Assembly: GCA_963675755.2 (NCBI GenBank)
Contig: CAXXMD010000002.1
Coordinates: 768,001-832,000, forward strand
Origin: a bacterium
GTDB lineage: Bacteria; Zhuqueibacterota; Zhuqueibacteria; Residuimicrobiales; Krinioviventaceae
Length of the DNA: 64,000 bases
Direction: 5' to 3'
The notes under the pieces were generated by a model. The model did no database searches. It was not told where the DNA came from and saw only the letters and a list, made by a program, of their open reading frames with translations. Positions 56,331-64,000 of this stretch are shown here, piece after piece. Numbering within the stretch: the first letter of the stretch is position 1; each line of letters starts with the position of its first letter. A program made the position numbers and the translations under genes.

Positions 56331-56362
56331 AAAAAAAGGCCGCTATTTAATAATAACGGCCT
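56331..56362 (-). terminator. terminator after the Gfo/Idh/MocA gene
   Basis: A-run plus aggccg...cggcct hairpin; insulates the TrmB operon. Confidence 0.7.
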
Positions 56363-56378
56363 GAAAATGTAGTGTGGA

Positions 56379-57692
56379 TCAGATATTCTTTGGAACTACA
56401 AAAGGTTCGCGATAATCGCGGGTGAGCATTTCATCGGCTTCGGGATCATTAACAAATCTTTCACTGGAGGGATCAAAATCCAACTGACGTCCCAGGCGAT
56501 AAGAGATATTTCCCAAATGTGCAAGGCCTGATGAAAGATGAGCAGTTTCAACCGGTGCATTCAAAATAGATTTATCGTGAGCACGAACAGCTTTAATAAA
56601 GTTAGCAAAATGATCGCCACCCTCTTTTTTACTTGGGCCAGGTTTTACATCTCTACCTTCACCAATATAGGTTTCATATGTATCATAACCTTTAATTAGC
56701 ATATAGCCTTTAGAACCATAGAAAAGGTTACCTGTACCTACACCATCTTCTTTATTAGTAAACCAGTGTCTAACTTCAACTTCCATAAATTTGTTTTCGT
56801 CAGGCCAATAGTATTGTGAGCTAAGAATTTCAGGTGTTTCTTTGCAATCATCCCACAAAAATTTTCCACCCATGGATGATATCTTGCTTGGCAACCCTAC
56901 ATCTAAACCCCACATACTCATATCAGTTTCGTGAACACCCTGGTTACCAATATCACCATTACCAAAATCCCAATGCCAGTGCCAATTGTAATGAACAATA
57001 TTACGTGAGAATGGGCGTTCCTGAGCAGGTCCTAACCAAAGATCATAATCTAAACCATCAGGTACCGGTTCAAAGCCTTTATCACCAATATCAGGGCGCC
57101 AACGATATATAGTTGCTCTGGACATATAAACATCACCTATCAAACCATCACGCAAATGTTGAACGGCTTCCTGCAAAGCTACAGAACTACGTAATTGAAC
57201 ACCATGTTGAACAATACGATCATATTTTGCTGCAGCTTCAACCATTTTTCGGCCTTCATAAATATTATGAGAACCAGGTTTTTCTACATAAACATCTTTG
57301 CCAGCCTGGCAAGCCCATATAGTAGCAAGTGAATGCCAATGGTTACAGGTTGCTATGCTCACAACATCAATATCTTTATCTTCGTAAACTTTGCGTAAAT
57401 CCTGTTCCAGGGTAACCTTTTTATCATATTCTTCTTTGAAATCTTTGGCTCTTTGATCAAGTACTTTTTGGTCAGGATCGCATAGCGTAACAACTTCTAC
57501 ACCATCCAGGTTCATATACCCTTTAATATGGCTTTTACCTCTTCCATTTACTCCTAAAACAGCTACATTGATTTTATCATTTGCTCCTTTTGCAGCTTTA
57601 GGTAAAATCATAGGGGCAGAAATTGCTGCAGCTGCTGTAATACCTGCAGAACTTTTCATAAAATCACGACGGCTAACCTTTTCTTTTTCCAT
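56379..57692 (-). CDS. Tat-exported Gfo/Idh/MocA oxidoreductase
   Basis: SRRDFMK leader; GVNGRG, NHWH, GKDVYVEKP, WLGPA, GNQGVH motifs. Confidence 0.9.
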   Translation of the reverse strand: MEKEKVSRRDFMKSSAGITAAAAISAPMILPKAAKGANDKINVAVLGVNGRGKSHIKGYMNLDGVEVVTLCDPDQKVLDQRAKDFKEEYDKKVTLEQDLRKVYEDKDIDVVSIATCNHWHSLATIWACQAGKDVYVEKPGSHNIYEGRKMVEAAAKYDRIVQHGVQLRSSVALQEAVQHLRDGLIGDVYMSRATIYRWRPDIGDKGFEPVPDGLDYDLWLGPAQERPFSRNIVHYNWHWHWDFGNGDIGNQGVHETDMSMWGLDVGLPSKISSMGGKFLWDDCKETPEILSSQYYWPDENKFMEVEVRHWFTNKEDGVGTGNLFYGSKGYMLIKGYDTYETYIGEGRDVKPGPSKKEGGDHFANFIKAVRAHDKSILNAPVETAHLSSGLAHLGNISYRLGRQLDFDPSSERFVNDPEADEMLTRDYREPFVVPKNI

Positions 57693-57927
57693 GGTCAAAA
57701 CCTCAATTTAATAATTATTTATGATTTAATTTATTAATTGAACCGGTTTAATTTTTATAAATTATTATAATGTTTTAATTAGAGATTGTCAATAGTTTTA
57801 TACAGATTTACACTTTATTACAAAATGTAACATTTTTTAATAAAAGATGAACAGTTCTTCATTAAATAATTTGCATTTTAGTACTTAAATCTTTATCATA
57901 TAAAGCTGTACTTGTAATGTTCTCTGG

Positions 57928-59760
57928 TTGAACTGGAATGTCGAACTTGCTAACAAGGAGATACTATTGTACAACAAAGACAATATTGATCGTTTACTAT
58001 CCATAAATCCCACTATCAACAGTCTCCTCAAAGATGCCCAAAATCCAAGAATGGCAAGAAATTTTACCCGAATATATCTAGATGAAATGATCAGTATGTT
58101 GGACAGGAATACACAAAAGATTCAACCTCTTGAATGGACTGTTCAGATGTCTTGTTTGCAAACATTTAAAAAAATTATTTCAGTTAGAAGTGAAAGACTG
58201 GCAAAGTTTAGTATCATTCAGTTATTATTTTACCTTGCAAAAGGTAAACTTGATAAACTTCCTTCTGATTTAAATGACGGTTTTTTTGAAGAAATGATCC
58301 ACTTGTTTCAAGGTATGCTGGGTAAAAGCGGTGTTTATACTCAAGAAAAAGTTCCTGAATTTACAAATTTAAGCGGTCGAGATGCTGCCATTTCAAGATC
58401 TCATAAATTAGATATAATGGCAAATGAAAGTAACAAATTCGTAAAAAAATATCCATCCGGTCTTGATGAAACTGTAAAACAAAGGCGAATAACAAACAAA
58501 AAACGTATAATGGATCATTTTCAAGCTACAGATCAAGATTGGAATAACCATCTATGGCAAATGAAACATGTTATACGAAATGTCGAACAACTTGAATCTT
58601 TGATAGATCTATCGGAAGAAGAGATCCAATCTATCAATATGGCTAAAGGTGGAAATCTACCCTTTGGAATTACCCCTTATTATGTTTCATTGATGGATAA
58701 AGAACCTGATCGTAAATTCGATCACGCAATCCGAGCTCAGGTTATCCCCCCATTAGATTATGTCGAAAATATGCTAAAAAATCGAGATGATCGTTCCAAT
58801 TGCTTTGATTTTATGATGGAATCAGACACATCCCCTATTGATCTTATCACACGACGATATCCCATGATCTGTATTCTTAAACCATACAATACTTGTAGTC
58901 AAATTTGTGTTTATTGTCAGCGGAACTGGGAAATTGACGATGTTTTGGCTTCAGACGCATTAGCAAGTAAAGAAAATATAACAAATGCAGTTCAATGGAT
59001 AAAAGATCATCCTGCAATAAATGAAGTACTTGTAACGGGTGGTGATCCTCTGGTAATGAACAATAAAAGGCTTGATTGGGTATTATCTCAAATTGCTGAA
59101 ATAGATCACGTAGAAAGAATACGTATAGGATCTCGCACCCCAGTTGTATTACCCCAACGCATCACTGATGATCTTTTACAAATTATTAAGAAATATCATG
59201 TTCCCGGAATAAGAGAAGTTGTTCTTGTTACACATTTTGAACATCCTTATGAAATCACCCCGGAATCCATGCAAGCAGTACAGAAATTCAAAAAAGCAGG
59301 AATTTCAGTATATAACCAGGCTGTTTACACTCTTGAAAACAGTCGAAGATTTGAGTTGGTAGCATTGCGCAGATTATTAAGATTGATTGGAGTGGATCCA
59401 TACTATACATTTAACACAAAAGGAAAAGAAGAAACAAAAAGCTATCGCGTACCGATGGCAAGACTACAACAAGAAATTAAAGAAGAAGCCAGATTAATCC
59501 CAGGAACAGTTAGAACGGATGAACCTGTTTATAATGTACCTAAATTAGGTAAAAACTATATAAGAGCACAACAACATCACAGTATACTAACTATTTTGCC
59601 TAATGGCTCCCGCGTTTATGAATTCCATCCTTGGGAAAAAAACCTAGCGTTGGCTGAAACGTATATAGATACTGATGTTTCAATATATGATTATTTAAAC
59701 ATACTTGAAAAACGTGGTGAAAATATTGATGATTATAAATCTATCTGGTATTATTTTTAA
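57928..59760 (+). CDS. long-form KamA-family radical SAM aminomutase (lysine/glutamate 2,3-aminomutase-like)
   Basis: ITPYY, RRYP, CSQICVYCQR, VLVTGGDPL, RIGSRTP..LPQRIT, THFEHPYE, NQ, LGK (PLP Lys); about 190 aa N-terminal extension; exact start uncertain. Confidence 0.85.
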   Translation: MNWNVELANKEILLYNKDNIDRLLSINPTINSLLKDAQNPRMARNFTRIYLDEMISMLDRNTQKIQPLEWTVQMSCLQTFKKIISVRSERLAKFSIIQLLFYLAKGKLDKLPSDLNDGFFEEMIHLFQGMLGKSGVYTQEKVPEFTNLSGRDAAISRSHKLDIMANESNKFVKKYPSGLDETVKQRRITNKKRIMDHFQATDQDWNNHLWQMKHVIRNVEQLESLIDLSEEEIQSINMAKGGNLPFGITPYYVSLMDKEPDRKFDHAIRAQVIPPLDYVENMLKNRDDRSNCFDFMMESDTSPIDLITRRYPMICILKPYNTCSQICVYCQRNWEIDDVLASDALASKENITNAVQWIKDHPAINEVLVTGGDPLVMNNKRLDWVLSQIAEIDHVERIRIGSRTPVVLPQRITDDLLQIIKKYHVPGIREVVLVTHFEHPYEITPESMQAVQKFKKAGISVYNQAVYTLENSRRFELVALRRLLRLIGVDPYYTFNTKGKEETKSYRVPMARLQQEIKEEARLIPGTVRTDEPVYNVPKLGKNYIRAQQHHSILTILPNGSRVYEFHPWEKNLALAETYIDTDVSIYDYLNILEKRGENIDDYKSIWYYF

Positions 59761-59773
59761 ATGAGGAATTCAA

Positions 59774-59959
59774 ATGAATGAAGAACAGAATGTACAAAAT
59801 GATGTTCCCGGTCCAATTGAAAGCGAATACAAGGGCAATCCTATTCTCACTCTTAATCCGGAAAGCAGATACCCCTTTAGCTTTGGATTATCAAAAGCTA
59901 AATTAGTAATACAATATTTTGAAGAAATAAAAGCTTTTGTTCAAAAACATGATAAATAA
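59774..59959 (+). CDS. small hypothetical protein
   Basis: GAGGA RBS; SEYKGNPIL...PFSFGLSKAKL; followed by a terminator. Confidence 0.7.
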   Translation: MNEEQNVQNDVPGPIESEYKGNPILTLNPESRYPFSFGLSKAKLVIQYFEEIKAFVQKHDK

Positions 59960-59993
59960 AAAAAAAGGCCGCTTAAATAAGCGGCCTTTTTTT
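59958..59993. terminator. bidirectional intrinsic terminator
   Basis: A-run-ggccgctta-aa-taagcggcc-T-run between convergent genes. Confidence 0.85.
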
Positions 59994-60013
59994 ATTATCT
60001 ATAATATTTATGC

Positions 60014-61306
60014 TTATCCGATTCGATTTAACCATTCACGGGCTTTACCAACATATTCACTATCAGGATAATTATTGATTAATTCCTGCAAATAATTTTT
60101 TGCATTCTGCATATCATTTAACTGAATATAACAACGACCCAACATCAAAGTTGCATCATCTTTTTTGTAAGAAAAGCTATGTGCAAAAACACTTTGGAAT
60201 GCCTGAATTGCTTGCTCATAATTTGCAAGACCAAAATAAGATTCACCAATCCAATAGTCACAATTACTGGTCAATTTATGATTTGGATATTGAGCCTTTA
60301 ATTGTTCAAACTGGGATATCGCACTTGCAAAATCGCGTGAATAATAAACTTGCAAAGCACTTTGATATGCATTTGAGAATGATCCATCACCGCTGTAAGC
60401 AGTTGCAGAGCGTCCAGAAGTACCTGCTAAATCAGATTCAAGATCAGAAATTCGTTGTTCTTTGAATTGCAATTCCTGTTGAAGATTATTAATTTCATTT
60501 TGTTTCACACTAATATTTTGAGTTAACTCGTCATATCTTTGCTGTAATGCTTGATCATCAGTTTCAGTAAACATGGACAGATCATCACTATCTTCCAATT
60601 GAGAAAGAATGTCACCTTCTACCTCATTAAATTCTACACGTTCAAGTGCTAAAAGATCATCATCACTGGGACCTTGTTGTGTACGGCTTCCAAGATGATA
60701 AGTTAAACCCAGTTTTGCATTCAAATAGCCATCTTTTGATCCGTTATTATCCTGGTTATTTACACCATCAAGATCATCAGACATTGTAAATCTGTAATCT
60801 GCAAAAGTAGTCAAAGCCAACTTGTCAGTTAAAAATAAATCAAGTCCACCACCAAAAATCAAACCACCATCATAATATACTTCGCCTTGTGGAAAATTAG
60901 CAGTTTGCTTATATACATATCCAGGATCTTTACTTTCTCTGTAAAATTCAAAGCTAAATGCACCTACACCCAAAGAAACATAGGGTAAAAATCTGCCTGA
61001 ATTCAAGAGATTGAAATTAGCCGTCAAGTCAACATTATTTAAATAACTGGTAAATTCATTATCAACATCGGTCAAGCGAGAAAAACCAACACCTAATGCC
61101 AAGTTAAAACGGTTATTTAAATAATATCTTCCCGCAACACCACCGGAAATACCAATGCCTGGATCAGCATAATCGCCATAAGGCTGAGTAAAACCACCGT
61201 ATGCTCCAATTCCAAACTTGGACTGACCAGCGGGGCCTTGAGCATAAAGTGAAGGTACCAGTAAAAGTACCATTGCAATTATTAATAAACTCTTCAGGAT
61301 CTTCAT
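60014..61306 (-). CDS. outer-membrane beta-barrel protein fused to coiled coil and CpoB/YbgF-like TPR domain
   Basis: Signal peptide; 8-strand-type barrel (PYVSLGVG, FGGGLD, AKLGLTYHLG); coiled coil; YQSAL..Y, YWIGESYF, LINNYPDS. Confidence 0.78.
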   Translation of the reverse strand: MKILKSLLIIAMVLLLVPSLYAQGPAGQSKFGIGAYGGFTQPYGDYADPGIGISGGVAGRYYLNNRFNLALGVGFSRLTDVDNEFTSYLNNVDLTANFNLLNSGRFLPYVSLGVGAFSFEFYRESKDPGYVYKQTANFPQGEVYYDGGLIFGGGLDLFLTDKLALTTFADYRFTMSDDLDGVNNQDNNGSKDGYLNAKLGLTYHLGSRTQQGPSDDDLLALERVEFNEVEGDILSQLEDSDDLSMFTETDDQALQQRYDELTQNISVKQNEINNLQQELQFKEQRISDLESDLAGTSGRSATAYSGDGSFSNAYQSALQVYYSRDFASAISQFEQLKAQYPNHKLTSNCDYWIGESYFGLANYEQAIQAFQSVFAHSFSYKKDDATLMLGRCYIQLNDMQNAKNYLQELINNYPDSEYVGKAREWLNRIG

Positions 61307-61350
61307 GTTTATCTCCCTTCATGGAAAATTAAACTTGGCAACATCTTGCG

Positions 61351-61887
61351 TTAAGAATAATTTTTTTTCTGTTCCTTAAAATATTTCAAGAGTACGTCAG
61401 GAACAATGGTTTCAAGATTAATATCAGTTTCTGCATTTTGATTATAAGCATTCAACAGAGATTCAAGATTTAATGTTTCGTAATAAAATTTTTCACCATT
61501 TTTTTGATCGAACAAATTTTTGATTTTAATAATTTGCTCACCTACTTTTTCAAAATAATAGTTAGTTAATGAATGTCCTATTAAATCCTTAACTTTTAAA
61601 TCAATATCCAATTTACTTTTTAACACATCACGAATAATACCGTGAAACAAATAACGATTCAAATTTAACTCTAGTCCACTATCAACACCTTTATAACTAA
61701 AAACCGATGGACCTTTAAAATAATCAGTTTTAGGAGCGATGTGATTCAAAATATAAAAATCAATCGCTTCTCGTTCATTGGTCTCAAGGAGCTTGTGTGA
61801 ATAATAAAATAACTGGTTGTTACTATCATCAAATTCTATTTCAACGAGCACGTTAAAAGTTGAAAAATATATTGTATCATTCATCAC
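61351..61887 (-). CDS. hypothetical protein
   Basis: 178 aa ORF with no recognised motif. Confidence 0.6.
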   Translation of the reverse strand: MMNDTIYFSTFNVLVEIEFDDSNNQLFYYSHKLLETNEREAIDFYILNHIAPKTDYFKGPSVFSYKGVDSGLELNLNRYLFHGIIRDVLKSKLDIDLKVKDLIGHSLTNYYFEKVGEQIIKIKNLFDQKNGEKFYYETLNLESLLNAYNQNAETDINLETIVPDVLLKYFKEQKKNYS

Positions 61888-62002
61888 ATCAAAATCTTAC
61901 AATTATTATTAAAGCAAAAATCAAGCCATTAATATCTTACTTTACATAACTTGAATAACCTACTCTAGAACAAGGAATTGCACAAGTATTATTTCAAAAT
62001 TA

Positions 62003-62018
62003 TGTGACATGAAACACA
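62003..62018. promoter_or_regulatory. possible CRP/FNR-family binding site
   Basis: TGTGA-N6-ACACA, one mismatch from TGTGA-N6-TCACA, in an AT-rich intergenic region. Confidence 0.3.
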
Positions 62019-62195
62019 TTTATGTAATTTAAATAAAACAATAACTTGTGATCTTTTTTATTATACATACAACAAATTAATTTTGCGTTTATATTTTTAA
62101 ATTTCACTTACTAAAACAAAGTTTTTGTTGAATTTATTTGTTAATTTTATGTTCATCTATAAAACACTATATCAAATTGATACAGTAATAGTTAC

Positions 62196-63134
62196 CTATT
62201 TGAAATTCAAAATTACTTTTAAAGAACTTTGCAAAGACGTATCAAAAGCTTTATCAAAATCCTCAACATTAAATTCCTTGTCAATCAAAGCGTCTGTATT
62301 GAAACTGCTATTTTCAATCAAGCGAAGGGCTGGTTCAAACCGACCACATCTTGAACCTACAATATTAATTTCATCAACAACAAATTGAGACATATTTATT
62401 GTTATATCGCTTGCATAAGTACTCTTTAGAACAATAGTCCCTCTAGGTTTAATTTTTTTTTTAGCAAACATTAAACCTTCAGGTTTTCCTGAGGCTTCCA
62501 CAACAATATCAAATTTTAAATTTTCATCATTACTTGTCTTTGCACCAAACTTTTCAGCAATTGCAAGCTTGCTTTCATGTTTCCCAAAAACAGTACAATC
62601 AGCGCCGGTTAATTGGATAGCCTGAACAATCAACAATGCCAGTTTACCATCACCTACAATTGCAACTTTATCACAAGGCTGTATATGTACTTGCTCCAAA
62701 ATTTCCAACGCAGCAGCAATGGGCTCCGTAAAGACAGCTTGCGAATCAGACATTGAATCCGGTACAATAAATAAATTTTTGTCCGGTAATACAAGGTATT
62801 CCGCAAAAGCACCTTGATGATTGAAAATACCTAAAACAGATCTATTATAACAATGTCTTTCAAGGCCAGAGCGACAGAATTCACAATCACCACAACCAAC
62901 ATTTATTTCACCAACAACACGTTTACCAACTAGAGATGAATTAAAAGATTCTTTGACAATTCCTACAAACTCATGTCCCATGACACCAGAGTATTCCATA
63001 TAACCTCTGGTAATCTCTATATCTGTATTACAGATACCAGCTTTTGCAATCTCAATCAGAGATTCACCTTCTTTAGCAACAGGTTTTTCAATATCCATCA
63101 GCTTTACTTTGTTGTCAAATACAATTGCTTTCAT
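62196..63134 (-). CDS. zinc-dependent medium-chain alcohol dehydrogenase
   Basis: GICNTD, GHEFVG, CGDCEFC..GLERHC, GDGKLA, GSRCG motifs. Confidence 0.9.
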   Translation of the reverse strand: MKAIVFDNKVKLMDIEKPVAKEGESLIEIAKAGICNTDIEITRGYMEYSGVMGHEFVGIVKESFNSSLVGKRVVGEINVGCGDCEFCRSGLERHCYNRSVLGIFNHQGAFAEYLVLPDKNLFIVPDSMSDSQAVFTEPIAAALEILEQVHIQPCDKVAIVGDGKLALLIVQAIQLTGADCTVFGKHESKLAIAEKFGAKTSNDENLKFDIVVEASGKPEGLMFAKKKIKPRGTIVLKSTYASDITINMSQFVVDEINIVGSRCGRFEPALRLIENSSFNTDALIDKEFNVEDFDKAFDTSLQSSLKVILNFK

Positions 63135-63269
63135 ATCAACACATAAAAACCTTTTGCTTAAACTAATGCTTCAAGTAAACGTCACTATATATTACTACAC
63201 AATAAATTACGGAATTTGAAATGTATTGTCAAGTGAAATAATTAAAATCAAGTAAAAAATGAAGAAAAT

Positions 63270-64000
63270 TTAACGAATAAGTGCAATTTTGGCAGGACCA
63301 ATTACCGTAGAACATTCAATGATAACCAAATAAACCCCTGAAACTACCCCTTCCCCACTGTCGTTGATGCCTCTCCATTGATAAATATTTGTACCATCTG
63401 GGCATTTTTCCAATTTCGATCTTTTAATTTTTTGTCCTGCTTCATTATAAATTGAAACATAAACATCATCACTTTGCTCTTCAAGGTTGAAAATTATGTC
63501 TACATACTCATGCTTATCCGGCATAAACGGATTAGGTTTAATTTCTACAATTTCATTCTGGCTTTCTGAAACGCTCCCACGCTCTATTTTCATGGAAAAA
63601 GTTTTCGCTTTATTATTCACAAATGAAACATCTGGGAAGCGACTGAATATGGGGCAAACAATTATTTCTGAAAGTGAACTTATTGTATTTAGATTCTTGG
63701 GTGAATCACCACCAACAATAATGGGTTCGTATTTACCATCATAATTGTTTACAATAATTGAATAGATCCAATTTTCAGGTTCATCAAAATCAGGAACAAC
63801 TGAATATTCACCTGTAGACTTTACTGATACTTTGTAATAATTTGTAGATTGTTGTTCAACTTTGTCTTCCAAGGTTAGTTCTGAAACAATCTGTTTTTGA
63901 TCGGTAAAATCTATTTGTGGGTAATATTCACCTTCTGGGTAATACAGAGTAGTGTCAGCGCGGTTCCCGGTAAAATAATTCCATACGGAGAAATCTGCTA
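63270..64000 (-). CDS. 3' part of a large secreted protein with C-terminal FlgD-Ig-like/sorting domain
   Basis: The frame stays open to the window edge (ADFSVWNYFTGNRAD...); C-terminal PNPF, IYNEAGQKI, W.G.NDSG..V.SGVY. Confidence 0.75.
   Translation of the reverse strand, partial: ADFSVWNYFTGNRADTTLYYPEGEYYPQIDFTDQKQIVSELTLEDKVEQQSTNYYKVSVKSTGEYSVVPDFDEPENWIYSIIVNNYDGKYEPIIVGGDSPKNLNTISSLSEIIVCPIFSRFPDVSFVNNKAKTFSMKIERGSVSESQNEIVEIKPNPFMPDKHEYVDIIFNLEEQSDDVYVSIYNEAGQKIKRSKLEKCPDGTNIYQWRGINDSGEGVVSGVYLVIIECSTVIGPAKIALIR

Noticed and set aside
56331-59993. Similar GGCCGC hairpins at about 56338 and 59967 as a REP-like repeat family
   Set aside because: Only two short copies, both at gene ends with U-tracts; explained as ordinary terminators.
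1-64000. CRISPR arrays, IS elements, prophage, tRNA/rRNA, selenocysteine or frameshift recoding
   Set aside because: I saw no spaced direct repeats, transposase, integrase or phage genes, RNA gene signatures or split reading frames. This was by eye only.

Overview
A low-GC, gene-dense bacterial chromosomal window, mostly on the minus strand. I saw no mobile elements, CRISPR arrays or rRNA/tRNA genes. Gene content (TonB-dependent receptor, heptose genes, C-terminal FlgD-Ig-like secreted protein, many Fe-S and radical SAM proteins) suggests a diderm anaerobe or facultative anaerobe, perhaps near Calditrichota/KSB1 (inference only). Main blocks: (1) iscS, a ferritin-like gene, a larA homologue and DUF4254; (2) a TPP riboswitch ahead of a TonB-dependent receptor; (3) a PadR-led NifX/P-loop Fe-S/Mrp operon; (4) hldA-gmhB; (5) a pentaheme cytochrome c paired with a Cyc2-like heme-porin; (6) a long minus-strand run with PBP1A, DUF62 and a deoxynucleoside kinase that continues into a partner-switching cluster with five PP2C phosphatases; (7) an AmmeMemoRadiSam/DUF362 locus with export signals; (8) a KamA-family radical SAM gene. 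The best candidate for an undescribed system is the TrmB-regulated 8-gene operon at 47516-56241. It encodes ALDH7, an omega-aminotransferase, a homoisocitrate-dehydrogenase-like enzyme, an HMG-CoA-lyase-family lyase, a family III CoA-transferase and a two-subunit homoaconitase. It reads as lysine catabolism by a reversed, CO2-incorporating alpha-aminoadipate pathway that ends in homocitryl-CoA cleavage. All functional calls come from motif recognition by eye; no database searches were run.
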